64,000 bases of DNA, from contig OX597828.1 of the NCBI GenBank assembly GCA_951406725.2, positions 19,654,001 to 19,718,000 of the forward strand. The letters run 5' to 3'. This DNA is from Octopus vulgaris. Taxonomy: Eukaryota. Shown here one piece after another: positions 14,358 through 27,988 of this stretch. The notes beneath the pieces are model-generated. The model saw nothing but the letters and a program-made list of their open reading frames with translations. It made no database searches and was not told where the DNA came from. A program made the position numbers and the translations under genes. Numbering within the stretch: position 1 is the stretch's first letter; every line of letters begins with the position of its first letter.

Positions 14358-14947
14358 GTGTGTGTGTATTTGTTTTTAATGCTTTAGATAATTCGTGTAT
14401 AGAATGGTTTGGTTTCTATGAATGAAACGAACTCCTATCATTGGAATTTAGGTAAAAATAATAACAAGAACAAGAATAATGGTTACACATCATGCAATTT
14501 AGAAAAAAGCCTTGAATATTTTCATCTTCTCCGTTATCAGAATGATGATGTCTGTATTACTTTTCACCTGAAAACAACAAATTTTCCAAGCTATTACTTC
14601 GAGACTTAATAACATAGCAAAGTTCACCTACGATTCAAAGTACATATTTAAATTTATATTATCGCCACAGAAACTGTAGGTGTCGAAGCTCTTGTCCATA
14701 AATGTTTTCCTTCTCACTAATTATTTATTGCAAGCTTAGCGTCCACTGGGCAACCGTTCTTTACAATTATTCATACGGTTTTTGCTTTTCTGACTAAAAC
14801 TCTTATATCAAGTATTCTGTGGTATGTTTGAATCTGCGTGAAAATTTTCACAGATATAGTCGAAAGTTTGAACACGCTCGGCATTAGAAATATTTTTTTC
14901 ATTTAATACTAGCAAAGTTATTCAGTGTAGTAATGGCTCCATGTATG

Positions 14948-15024
<77 letters not shown>

Positions 15025-15113
15025 GTATATATATATATGTATATATATGTATATATATATATGTATATATATGTATGTATGTATATATATATATGTATGA
15101 ATGTTTTTTATAA

Positions 15114-15172
<59 letters not shown>

Positions 15173-15351
15173 CGCTCGAAATGGGGAGTATATAGACAGC
15201 TGACAACTGATGAAGGGTCGTTCTTTATGTTACTTGTACTGTTTTCAGTTTGTTTCTCTCATTGTTTGCGTATTTAACTCATTTGTTTCCGTATTTCATG
15301 CTGTTCACGGTGTGACGTCCCGTACCCATATATGCGTATATATGTATATGA

Positions 15352-15812
15352 AACGCAATCTTTCAGGATGAAAATGCACCAATTCACACAGCTAAAGTTG
15401 TTACTGAATGGCACGAGGAACATTCTAGTGAAGTTGAACATCTTATCTGGCCACCACAGTCTACAGATCTCAATATTATTGAACATTTATGGTGCATTTT
15501 AGAGAAATAAGTAAGGAGCTGATATCCTCGACATTTCAGAAAAACAAGTAAGGAGTCGATATCCTGATCATCACTTCGAGAAATGGAGACTGTTTTAGCT
15601 GAAGAATGGACAAAAATTCCTTTGGAAATAATTCAAACTTTGTTGGAGTCCATACCTCATAGAATTCAAGCTGTAATTACTGCCAAAGTTGTCCTATCCC
15701 ATATTAAAATAAATTTGTTTGAAATTTTAAGGTGTTTCCATTATTTTATCCGCAACCATAGGATGAATTTGATGAGATAAAATGTTTAAACATTATATTC
15801 TCCAACCTCTGT
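15352..15812 (+). pseudogene. Tc1-like transposase 3' remnant with decayed TIR
   Basis: Translates 'IFQDENAPIHTAKVVTEW...LIWPPQSTDLNIIEHLW' then 'EEWTKIPLEIIQTLLESIPHRIQAVITAK', the DD34E-type C-terminal half. Stops and frameshifts are present. Confidence 0.9.
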
Positions 15813-16584
15813 ATATACATACGTGTATGTTTGTTTGTGTGAGAGTAGGAGAGAGTATTTGTAAATGTATGTATGTATATATGAACGTTTGCTATTTCAT
15901 ATATTTTGCATTGTTCCAGTTAATATAAGGGTCTGGTTGGAGGTGCTTAATATCCATGGAGCAGACAACCTCTATAAAGTACTTGAACATATTTCAGCTA
16001 AGCTAAATGTGATTTGACATTGTGTAGGTGCAGGAGGAAAGCTCGCACGGCCATGTTGAAAAATTCTAATACTATAATTATTAATGACGTCACTTTCGTG
16101 TGACACATTTTCATCAATACCTATTTGAAGCATTCAATATGTAGAAAAGGAAAAATAGAAAAACTATCTGTTTTTCGTTTAGAAAGTGGTTTTTCTCGTT
16201 TAACTTTTGAGTAGGAGTACTACATTTGGCCACATTCCATCGCAATATCATTTAAAACCCAGCTGTTCCTCAGCATTGTAGATTATATTTAGTATGGATA
16301 ATAAGATAGTCAACATAGAAATTTGGAGTCATATTACTTTTCCTTCCTGTTATAGATCCTTGTGTAGACTTATGTAAATGAGAGAGCAGATTCTATGCCA
16401 ATACAAATCTAATTCTGAGACAAACTGTCTCGTTGTATATCCTCTTTGAATGATTATAACATCAGAGACAATGGATATATTTTCATTTTACAAATTTTGG
16501 GGATGGTTGGTTGGATCGTTGCAAGATTTTCCGTGGCAGTAATTAAAGGCAGAAGATACTGTTACCAAATATACGCTAGATTAT

Positions 16585-17607
16585 TATTCTTTTATTCTTC
16601 TATTTGTTTCAGTCGTTTGACTGCGGTCATGCGGGAGTACCGCCTTTAGTCGAACAAATTGAACCGCCCCACCACGGCTTATTCTTTGTAAGCCGAGTAC
16701 TTATTCCATCGGTGTCGTTTGCCGAATCGCTAAATTACGGGTATGTATACACACCAACATCGGTTGTCAAGCGTTGGTGGGGAACAAACATACACACACA
16801 CATATATGTTTATATATATATATATATATATATATACGTCGGGCTTCTTTCAGTTTCTTATTTTTTATTGCCCACAAGGGACTAAACATAGAGGGGACAA
16901 ACAAGGACAGACAAAGGGATTAAGTCGGTTAGATCGACCCCAGTGCGTAATTGGTACTTGATTTATCGACCCCGAAAGGATGAGGGGCAAAGTCGACCTC
17001 GGCTGAATTTGAACTCACAACGCAATGGCAGACGAAATACCTATTTCTTTACTACCCACAAGGGGATAAACACAGACATGACAAACAAGGACAGACAAAC
17101 GGATTAAGTCGAATGTATCGACCCCAGTGCGTAACTGGTACTTATTTAATCGACCCCGAAAGGATGAAAGTCAAAGTCGACCTCGGCGGAATTTGAACTC
17201 AGAACGTAACGGCAGACAAAATACCTATTTCTTTATTACCCACAAGGGGCTAAACACAGAGGGAACAAACAAGGTATTAAGGCGATTACATAGGTATTAA
17301 GTCGACAAACATAGGTATTAAGTCGATTACATCGACACCAGTGCGTAACTGGTACTTAATTTATCGACCGGAATTTGAACTCACAACGTAACGGCAGACG
17401 AAATACCGCTAAGCATTTCGCCCGACGTGCTAACGTTTCTGCCAGCTTGCCGCCTTTCAGTTTCTATCTACCAAATCCACTGACAAGGCTTTGGTCGGGT
17501 CGAGGGTATAGTAGAAGCCACTTGCCCTAGGTGTCACGCAGTGGGACTGAACCCGGACCCATGTGGTTGGGAGGCAAGCCTCTTACCACAGAGCCATGCC
17601 AGCGCCT
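16585..17607 (-). mobile_element. SINE family M split by a nested insertion
   Basis: 3' part at 16585-16858 and head at 17456-17607. 'tttcagtttct' is duplicated at the break. Confidence 0.9.
16859..17455 (-). mobile_element. SINE family K as a tandem trimer (one full tRNA-like head plus ~185-bp repeated units)
   Basis: Head 'aggcggcaagctggcagaaacgttagcac...gagttcaaattcc'. Units at ~16859-17040, 17041-17225 and 17226-17455. Flanked by TSD tttcagtttct. Confidence 0.88.
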
Positions 17608-17664
17608 ATTACTAAGTTTCTGTGGAAGATTACCATCGAATGCAAATATGCAACTATCATTTAT

Positions 17665-17866
17665 CTTTTATCTCTCACTTCTTTAACTCATTACACTGCG
17701 GCCATGCTGGGGCATCGCCTTGAGGAATTTTAGTCGAACAAATCGCCCAGGACTTCCTTTTTTAAATCCTGGTACGTATTCTATCAGGGATTTTGCCAAA
17801 CCGCTTGACTACGAAAATGCATGCATGCTAACACAAATCAAGCGGGGAATAAAGCACACACACACG

Positions 17867-17928
<62 letters not shown>

Positions 17929-18095
17929 CACGATGGACTTCCTTCAGTTTCTTTCAATCAAATCCACTCACAAGGCTTTCATCAGTCAGAGGCCATAGTA
18001 GAAGACACTTGCTCAAGGTGCCATGCACTGGGACTGAACTAAAAACCAAGTGGTTGGGAAGTAAACTTCTTACCACACATCCACCCCTGCACCTC
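17665..18095 (-). mobile_element. Older SINE family M copy with internal (CA)n
   Basis: Homology to 9485-9888. Confidence 0.85.
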
Positions 18096-18195
18096 TATAT
18101 TTATTCCTGGTGCGTTCCCCAACAACTTTGGCGAATGTTCGAAAGTGGATTCCGCAAGTTTTACCATTCAAGTGGATGTCATACTCCTTCATATA

Positions 18196-18727
18196 CCATA
18201 AATCCTCGAGTATAATCCGGATTTCTTCCCCAAAATTTAACGGTCAAAATCCCTAGTGCGTACTATATACGAGGGTAAAAATGAAAAATATTTTCTCAGC
18301 AATGTCCGAGTCTCTATTTGCTGTCCGGCAATGTTTATTCAGACGCATTTTGTGATGTCGGGCGCGAAAATAGCTTAAGCTAAGCCTGAAAGCAATGAAG
18401 TCATAAAAGAATCATCCATAACTTGCAGTAAGCAACATTTATTAAAATAAAAGTATTCAGAATAACATGTAACACAGAATAACATGTAACAAAAATAATT
18501 TGCAAACATATTTACATTCCAGTATAACAGTTAAGAACGTCACCATTATTGCATTACGCATGCGCCGAAGAGTTTGTTCGACTAGGTGCTGCTGGTTTAA
18601 TTACGCACGACTCAAGTTAGAGAAGGGGTGCGTATTATACACTAGGTTTAGGTCTTTCGGAGGTACAGCCCCCTAAAAATCCCATGCGTATTATACTCAA
18701 GGGCGGACTATACTCGAGGATTTACGG
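18196..18727. mobile_element. Tc1/mariner-superfamily (pogo/Tc2-like) MITE
   Basis: TIRs 'ccataaatcctcgagtataatcc' / 'ggactatactcgaggatttacgg', TA on both sides, and subterminal repeats of the 'gcgtattatac' motif. Confidence 0.88.
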
Positions 18728-19135
18728 TACTTAGCTATGATGTATTCTGATGGAAGTCCTTCTTTCCAAGGGTCAGGTGTTTTAATTAAATAATACCACT
18801 GGGTAGACTTACCGACCAGTAAGGGCCGTCTTAATTGCTTTGTAGGAGCCCCGGGTAAATAAATGAACTGGTTCTAGGAAACTTTTGCCGTAAACATTTG
18901 TACTGAAGGAATATTCGCCGAAAGAAATATAATTTTAAATGACCTCATCAAGTTTTCTTTTAATGTTTGACGCTGAATAAAGACTAGCTTATTTAATGCA
19001 TTAAAAAAAAAACATTTATCATACATTTTTGTTTAAGACAAATAATGATGTAAGCGCAGGCGTGGCTATGTAGTAACTGAAAGAAATCCGGTGTATATAT
19101 ATACACACACACACACATATATATATACATATATT

Positions 19136-19942
19136 CGTGCAAAACGCCCCCCGTCAAATGGACGGTGCTGAGTTGTCAAACATTTAAACCAAGTTTTCTC
19201 AAAACAACTTGTCCGACCGTCCCATGAGAAACACTGATTTAACCTAAATTTGAGACACCAGCAAAAGAAGAAATAAAGATAGACTTTTTTTCTATTCCAA
19301 AAATAAAAAACGATTTTATTCACACAAATATGCAAAACGTTTTAAACAGTATGCTTGGCAGGAAAGAAACGTGCCATTAAGCAGTACAAAAACAAAAAAA
19401 ATGGAAGGTGCAGTTATCTACAGGTTGACGGAAGAAAAGCAGGACAAAAACGATGCATGCAAATGGGTTAGGTGGAGGTAAATCTAGATGGAAAAGCATG
19501 ATGAATTTATGAGAACGTACCTGGGACAATAATAAGTTTATCCGATAAAACATGTAGGAAATCAATTTGGGGCAATTTTTGATGAAAAGCAACAACCTAG
19601 GGAACTAAGTAACTAATTTTAAGCTAACTTACTCTACAGGATGTTCAAGGGCATGGAAAAGCTAGTGGAGCGCAGCCTTGTAAACCACATTCCTTGCATT
19701 TTTCTCGCGTACGTGTAGTATTAATCGCAACAGCTGATGTACTTGCGCGTACAAATGCATGTTTTCATGGCTTTATCGATCGCATTCTCACATGGAATCG
19801 ATTTTTGTAATTTTTTCAAGACTTATACACGCCCTGATACCGTCGGTATCTACATATCAAATTTGAGCGCAATTGGATGGAGGATGCCCGAGATCCTAGA
19901 AGACACACGCACAGACAGACAGAACGGATTTTATATAATAGA
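19136..19942 (-). mobile_element. Non-autonomous Helitron-like element, copy 1
   Basis: Minus strand starts 'TCtattatataaaatccgttctgtctgtc' and ends with hairpin 'ccgtc-cattt-gacgg' ~15 nt from the terminus. No TSD, inserted in TA. Both ends are shared with 50033-50490. Confidence 0.7.
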
Positions 19943-19986
19943 TATACATATACATACATACATACATACATACATACATACATACA

Positions 19987-20045
<59 letters not shown>

Positions 20046-20349
20046 GTCTTCGCCGTGAGTCTCTTAATTCCTTTGCACCACATGGGCTCAACTCCCCACC
20101 TCTCTTAATCTGAACCCCTCCTCTCTCTTCATCTGACACCTATTTCTAATCTTTACTCTTACCCAACAAATCTCTGCTCAACTTTCTCTGTCATGGTCAA
20201 TGTGCCGATCACACGATAGAAACCTTCCTTCGAAGCACTGCTGTAAACAGCAGAAGTGAGCTAGAATGTTAGAACTTAGTACACATGTATTAAGAGTTCA
20301 AGGTCAATCTTTGCCAACCGGTTTTACTCTGGGTGCATTAGCTTCGTTA

Positions 20350-20389
20350 CTATAGTAACAGTCCGGATACTTTTTGATCATACCTCGTA
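20350..20389 (-). mobile_element. Solo mariner-type TIR remnant
   Basis: Reverse complement 'tacgaggtatgatcaaaaagtatccggactg' resembles mariner termini. Confidence 0.5.
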
Positions 20390-20498
20390 TTTACAAGTAT
20401 ACATACACATCCATACGTAAAATCATACATAAAATATGCATATGACGCATACATACAAACACATGTGTATGTGCACACACACACACACACATATATAT

Positions 20499-20877
20499 GG
20501 AGGCGCAATGGCCCAGTGGTTAGGGCAGCGGACTCGCAGTCGAAGAATCGCGCTTTCGATTCCCAGACCGGGCGTTGTGAGTATCTATTGAGCGAAAACA
20601 CTTAAAGCTCTACGTGGAACCGGCAAGGGTTGGTGGCGAACCTTGCTGTATTCTTTCACCACAACTTTCTCTCACTGTTTCTTCCTGTTTCTGTTGTACC
20701 TGTATTTCAAAGGGGCTAGCCTTGTCACACTATGCCACGCTGAATCTCCCCGAGAACTACGTTAAGGGTACACGTGTCCGTGGAGTGCTCAGCCATTTGC
20801 ACGTTAATTTCGCGAGCAGGCTATTCCGTTGATCGGATCAACTGGAACCCTGGTCGTCGTAACCGACGGAGTGCCAG
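20499..20877 (+). mobile_element. Full-length tRNA(Arg)-like SINE (body Y + tail B)
   Basis: A box 'tggcccagtgg' and B-box-like 'ttcgattcc'. Body shared with 8899-9201, tail shared with 1-236. Confidence 0.9.
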
Positions 20878-20881
20878 GACG

Positions 20882-20952
<71 letters not shown>

Positions 20953-21484
20953 ACACACACACGCACACACACACATCATGCAGGGATACATACATGCGCG
21001 TACGCTAGTACATGCATGCATATATAGTTAAAAACCTTCACATACATTCATATACTAATGAATATATTCTTACATAAAGAGAAATATACACGCGCATACA
21101 CATGTACATAATTCCTTTTCAATTACAAACTTGAAAATCAATAAATTATTATGAGAAATGAAGTTTGTAAATAAACTTGTTAATACTGAAGGAACACGTG
21201 TGTTTACTGAACAAATTATATTTGAAATGAAAGCATCTTTTATAAAATATACATATAACTTCTCAAACAAAATGAATACATGCTCTTTACTCTTTGAACT
21301 GTGCACAAATATATACACATATATAATTATATATTCATATACATATACGAACGCATACATATTTACGCGTGCACATATACACACACGCACAGACACAAAC
21401 ACACGCAAACACACACACACGCACACACACACACACGTGCATATAGAAGATACATATAGGTAGGAACGTGTTTAAATCAATCAA

Positions 21485-21525
<41 letters not shown>

Positions 21526-21674
21526 CTGTTTATATATATATATATATATATATGGGTATATGTATATATATATATATATATATCTGTGCATATATATATA
21601 TATAAAATCTACCTCCTCTCCCTCTATATTCATATGTGTGTGTGTGTCGGCGTATACATACATACATACATACA

Positions 21675-21735
<61 letters not shown>

Positions 21736-22248
21736 ATAAAAGCACACGCGTGCGTACATAATTACGTATATTATACATACACACACATATATATATAGCT
21801 TACATTGTATAGTATGAATATATAGACATACGGGTATCTATATATGATATAGTATTAAATCCTATAAATATTATATATACTATGCATGTATATATATAAC
21901 TCATACAAACACACATGCCCCTATATAATATACTGCGAACATGATATTCATCAAATAAGAGAAATATCGTCATATTACTCGAGTTCTGCATACAACACGC
22001 ATGCGCATATGCTCACATGCACAATACGCTTATATAAATATGCATTTATATACATGTGCATTTACGTACATATGTAATTATGTGAGTACGTCTATGCGCA
22101 TGTTTGCGTTTGTTTGTTTGTGTTTATGTATGCAGATGCATTTTTGTTTACATTTAATTTAGAAGTTTCATGTTTCGACCACAATATTCAAACATGCCAG
22201 TCGAACAAGGATAATCCCGAGACAATTCGACATGCTTTATTACTGCTA

Positions 22249-22364
<116 letters not shown>

Positions 22365-22556
22365 AATATAATATATATAATATATGTGTATATAGATATA
22401 CCTATATAAGTATATACATATATATAACTGTGTATATAGATGAATTTTGTACATATACATATATAAACACACATATTTATACATTCAACGCGTACACACA
22501 TATAAACATATTTATGGATACATACTGACATATACACGTGTATGTATGTATCTATG

Positions 22557-22635
<79 letters not shown>

Positions 22636-23267
22636 CTGTGTGTGCTTGTATGTGTAGTGTGTGTGTGTGTGTGTTTATACATTAGCTAAATTAAAATCAT
22701 AGAAATTTATTCTCCAAAGTCCGTCATACTATTGTCTTCCAAACCTCGTGTCTTCCTGATAATACGCCATCTTTGTTGCTCCTTGTTGCTTTTGCTGTTT
22801 GCTGCATTTGTTGTTGTTACTGTAGCTACTGCAGTTTGCTGTTGCTGCTGCTGTTGCTGTTGCTATTGTCGTTCATATTATTATCATTGTTGTTGCTGTC
22901 ATATTCATCTTTATTCCTCTTGGAGCTGATACGACTGGGTTTTTTTTTCTTGCCGTCTTTATTTTATTCTTAGTGTTGCTTTTGTTGTTGCTGCTGTTTA
23001 GCCAAACAGCAGTCCATTTCACGCAGACTTTTGACCAAAAGCACTGAGCTTCTTTACACCCTACCTGTATTTCAGTACTTGTGAACTTCACTTTTAATAA
23101 AACAAAAAGCCTATGATTTGAGTGGTACCTAGATGCTATATGTGGTAGGTTCAATAACTACCATACATACCTGTATATTGTATATTGCATAGCAGTAGTA
23201 GTGTACGGCCTAACTCGGTTTTGTTAATACCTAAAGTAAATACAATCACATGAATTCTGTGTATTTA

Positions 23268-23470
23268 AGGCGTAGCAGTGGCTGTGGTAAAAGCAGCTTG
23301 CTTACCAACCACATGGTTCCAGGTTCAGTCCCATTGCGTGGCACCTTGGGCAAGTGTCTTCTACTATAGTCTCGGCCGACCAAAGTCTTGTGAGTGCATT
23401 TGGTAGACGGAAACTGAAAGAAGCCCGTTGTATATATATACATATATACATACATACATACATATATATA

Positions 23471-23506
<36 letters not shown>

Positions 23507-23791
23507 TGTATGTATGTATGTATGTATGTATGTGTGTGTGTATATGTGTTTTTTGTCTGTGTTTGTCCCCCCCCCCCAACATCACTTGACAACCGATGCT
23601 GATGGTGCGTTTACGTCCCCGTAGCTTAGCGGTTCGGCAAAAGAGACTGATAGAATAAGTAATAGGCTTCCAAAGAATAAGTCCTGGGGTCGATTTGCTC
23701 GACTAAAGGCGGTGCTCCAGCATGGCCACAGTCAAATGACAGAAACAAATAAAAGAGTAAAAAGAGTATATACATACATACATTTATATAT

Positions 23792-23867
<76 letters not shown>

Positions 23868-23930
23868 CATCAAGGCGGTGCCCCAGCATGGCCACAGCCA
23901 AATAACTGGAACAAGTAAAGAATAAAAGGT
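23268..23930 (+). mobile_element. SINE family M, full length with (TATG)n core, plus an extra tail copy at 23871-23930
   Basis: Homology to the other family M copies. Confidence 0.9.
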
Positions 23931-24309
23931 AAACGGTATATGTATATAAAAATTATGCTGATAACCATTTGTATCAGTTAGTCGTAGAACTAGAATACTA
24001 ATTCACTACGAACTTCTTAAGAGTGCATGGGGAAAAAAAAGGATAAATGTAAAACCGAAAATAGAATATCATTTTGCACTTTTAAAAAATATTTCTGGCA
24101 AACAAACTATTTTTCAAAATGTATTAATTTAAATAATTTGTTTAAACAGTAACTTTTCCCAGCGATTATATTAGTGCTTGGGGCGACATGCTTTTCTTAG
24201 TATTTTAATAATTGTATTATAAAGAGTATGGGGAAGTAGTAACATAGCCTGAGACACTATGCAAAGTTCCAGCCTTCTCCCGAAGGGCCAAACACTGTAA
24301 ATGGGTCTA

Positions 24310-24670
24310 CTGTGATAACGACGATGAAGATTCAGTTTTTCGATTAACTGGAACTGAAATCTGTTCATCGAATTTGCATACAAGGCACTGAATGTTTCGC
24401 AGACACGTGTATCGATAACGTAATTCTCACAGAGAAGAATCAGCGTGACATAGTGTGGAACAGGGATGTATCTTTTGAATTACGGGTACAATCTACCCAT
24501 CGAGATAACTACACAGTTGCCCGATGTCTCCGCTCACGAGACTTAGATCGTCGCGAAGCTATGTTTAAATAATTCATACGCATTCGAAGATGCCATGCAG
24601 TTGGTTGGTTTGAACCCGGGATCTTGTAATTACGAATCGAATTTCTTAAGCATTCAACCGTGCTGCGTTT
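24310..24670 (-). mobile_element. Highly degenerate SINE with tail B
   Basis: 'cagacacgtgtatcgataacgtaattctc...tcagcgtgaca...ttgaattacgggtacaa' is approximately the reverse complement of 20695-20860. Confidence 0.6.
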
Positions 24671-25857
24671 ACTGGAGTGTACACTATAGAAGTCAGCTCT
24701 TGTCCGAGTACGACCACTTCTTTTCTGCTTTAAGCTCTTCTCTCTCTTATCGAGCATACGCCATCAGCCACTTTTCTTCACCATTCACGACTTTGGACCG
24801 TCTTTCCTGCCTGTCTTCAGTTTGATCCCTGCTTTTCTAGTTCGCCCTCAGTATTCCCACTCAGTTATTTTTAAGGCGTCCTCTCTTCTGCCTCCGTTGT
24901 AAGTTCCAGATCAGAGCCTGACGAGCATGTTTCCTTGATGGTGGGTCTTCCTTTTTTTAAAGTTCTTGCTAGTTTTGAGTTGTTATCAATGCTTCCGTAA
25001 CTTTGTTTTTTTTTTCTAAGTAAGGGCATTGGCAATATGCAAACCCTTTTCTACTTTTCACAAGGGGTGGTCCATATTTGTATGAATTGTCCAACATAGA
25101 AGGTACTAGCAGTAGATTGCACTCCACTGGCATAGCTCCCAGGGTCAATGAGATATATAAGCAATTGCAACACAAATACAAGAAAAAAAAGTAAAAAACT
25201 GGATCTCGTCGTGGGCGACTACTTCTTGGAGAGTTGTGAATTTCTTAGATGCTACAATGGAAGCCTGCAAAGAGAGGGCAGCCTAAAAGTGCGTATTTAT
25301 CTTTTCTGGTTAACTGGTGAGCAATGTTATCTTCAGATAAGGTTGTTCAAACAATTGAGTTGATGCTGAATCTTGCCCTTGCTATGGTTTGGAAGTGAAG
25401 CAACCCGACCATAACCATCCTTCTTGTAAACCCATGATAATAAGTTCAACTGCTTCCATAGTTTATTTTATAGATTGTAGCGTTTGATTTGAGGAAAACT
25501 TACCCGCTGTTTTTAGCTGTTTGATCATTGGCCTTATCGGTCGGGAATAATTCGGGACTAAACAATTATGCCAATTTCGCCGGCGGGATTTGAACGTAAA
25601 ACAACGCCATAAAAAATACTTCAAATTATTTCATGTAGATGTTCTACCGATTCCGTTACGTCACATGTCTTTGTTTCATAAATATTTTAACATTCCCTGT
25701 ATGCCCCCTATCAACAGACTCAACAAGATCAGCATTTTAATATATATATATATATATATATAACAGGGTAAGAAAAAGTTTCAGAAAATTTTTTTTTACT
25801 ACCAGTGGCCTAGCGTGTAGAAAAATTAGTTAATAGACTATATATTATTCATATAAA

Positions 25858-26096
25858 TACAGTGTACATTTAAACACATAAGAGGTAACCATCATAGGAA
25901 ACCTAGCATGCTAGAAGGAATAGCCAAAATCCAAACCACTTTGAGGGATAAATTTCGAAGGGAATGAAAAATAATGTTTTTATTTTTCATTCCCTTCGAA
26001 ATTTATCCCTAATAGTGATTTGGATTTTGACCATTCCTTCTAGCGTGTTAGGTTTCCTATGATAGTTACCTCTTATGCGTTTAAATGTGCACTGTA
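25858..26096. repeat. Long fold-back palindrome (~117-bp arms, ~5-nt loop)
   Basis: 25858-25974 is the reverse complement of 25980-26096, with scattered, mostly transition, mismatches. Confidence 0.92.
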
Positions 26097-26103
26097 TATA
26101 TAT

Positions 26104-26557
26104 ATAGGGTTATTCAAATGGAATGAACCGATTTCATTACGCAATATTTTAATAAGGAAAAGCAATAAAAAATTCCAGACGGGTGTCAACATATCACGAT
26201 CCACTGAGTTGATCACTGTTGTTATTCGATGTTTAAGGTCATCGAGGTTAGTGGGTAGCTGTGGAACACAAACGCGATCTTTTACATATCCCCGCAAGAA
26301 AAAAATCACATACGGTGAGGTCTGGAGATCTCGCAGTCCAAGTACAAAGAACAAGGTCTTGAGCGTCTAGGAGGAAGTCTCTTATTGCATTGATGTTGCC
26401 CATGGCTGCAGGTGGTGGCCACATCGAGCACTTGTAAAACAGGAAACAAAAGTTGAGTGTGAGTAAATACTTGTGACTTAGCTGGAGTTTTCTATTGCTT
26501 TTCCTTATTAAAATATTGCGTAAAGAAATCGGTTCATTCTTTTTGAATAGCCCTGTA
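26104..26557. mobile_element. Internally deleted and rearranged mariner-like element with ~75-bp TIRs
   Basis: TIRs at ~26104-26178 and 26482-26557. Minus strand encodes 'FFLRGYVKDRV..PQLPTNLDDLKHRITTVINSVDRDML'. Plus strand encodes the C-terminal 'AAGGGHIEHL*'. Confidence 0.88.
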
Positions 26558-26560
26558 GAT

Positions 26561-27869
26561 ATACAGAATACGATGGGTAAATTTTCACCATCTTATATTT
26601 CAAATTACGCACATGCGCCTTGTTTGCTTTTGATTTTGTCGACTACACAGTATAGTAAGGTCAGTTGGGCACCGTCTGTGAGAAAAACAGTAACATGACG
26701 CAGCCCACTTAGTCTGAAATTTGGAAACGACACGCAGTACTGCTTGGCGTTCGCGCCGGAAGCTCCGACAGGAACATCTTAGAGTGTTTGGGTGTCAATC
26801 TGAAGACAGTGCAGCGGATTCGGAAAGTGTTGGATGAATCTTATGGTGATTTCGAATGTACGGCAACTCGGAAAACTCGCGCTGATCGTCCCGATAAGAA
26901 AAGAACTTTTGAATTTGTTGGTGAGATCCAGGCCATGGTCGACAACGATCCCTCCAAGTCAATCAGGTCCATCGCTAGGGGCGTGGTAATGTCTGAGTCT
27001 CTTATCACGCAGGCACTACATGAAGACATTCGGTATTCCTCATACAAGATGAGAAAGGGCCAATTTTTAACCCAAGCCATCAAAGACAAGAGGAAAGACC
27101 GCGCTACGAAGCTTTTGAACAAACTCAAGCATCACCCCCAACCAAACATGCTTTGATTTTTCTCAGAAGAGAAAACTTTCTGCTAGCATCAGGTGGTGAA
27201 CGCACAGAACAACCGTTGGCTTGCCGTGTCCCCAAAACATGTACCAAGGGTGATAAAAATGAAACATCCAGTCAACATCATGGTGTTTGGAGTGATTACT
27301 AGTGATGTTTACGTTATACTTCCATTTATCTTTCCACACGGCCACAGACTCAACATAGAGGCCTACATCAAGTGCCCCGAGGAGGTAGTGCTGCCCTGAG
27401 TGAAGAGGGTGGCTGCTGGAAGACCCTGTATCTGGCAACAGGACTCTGCACCATGCAACACAAGCAGGAGAACTTAGTCATGGCTGTCAGACAATTTCTG
27501 CGACCATATCACCGCTAACATCTGGTCACCTAACTCCCTAGACTGGAAGCCCTTTGATTATTATGTGTGGGGCGCAGTTGAGTGAGAGACCAACAAAACT
27601 CCTTTGTAACACCAAAGATGAACTGAAGACAAGGATTATGGGAGCACTCACCAACTTATACAAGGACACCGTCCAGGAGAGTTGTAGGAGATTCCGAAGT
27701 CGTCTGGAGGCCGTGGTTGAAGCAATGGCGATTTTATTGACTAAATTTACTCTCTAGTATTACAAGATATGTTTATATAATTTTGGTAACTACAAATGCT
27801 AACATGAGATGTCAGTGTTATTTTCCTTTTTGCGTAATTTCGACGACAATTTATGCACCGCACCCCGTA
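26561..27869 (+). mobile_element. Near full-length DD37D (maT-type) Tc1/mariner transposon
   Basis: Degenerate TIRs 'tacagaatacgatgggtaaattttcacc' and rc 'tacggggtgcggtgcataaattgtcgtc' enclose the transposase pseudogene. Confidence 0.85.
26695..27744 (+). pseudogene. DD37D transposase pseudogene
   Basis: HTH-like N-terminus (LGVNLKTVQRIRK; SIRSIAR), 'FSEEKTF', and 'WQQDSAP-(37 aa between the Ds)-PFDYYVWG'. Multiple in-frame stops and late frameshifts. Confidence 0.92.
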
Positions 27870-27889
27870 GCATGTAAGGCGTCCTGTAG

Positions 27890-27922
27890 GTGGGTCGCCT
27901 CTCTGAGTATAAATACTATACA

Positions 27923-27988
<66 letters not shown>

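Noticed and set aside
20499-20575. Functional tRNA-Arg gene (also 9125-9200)
   Set aside because: It continues into a SINE body and tail, and the acceptor stem does not pair.
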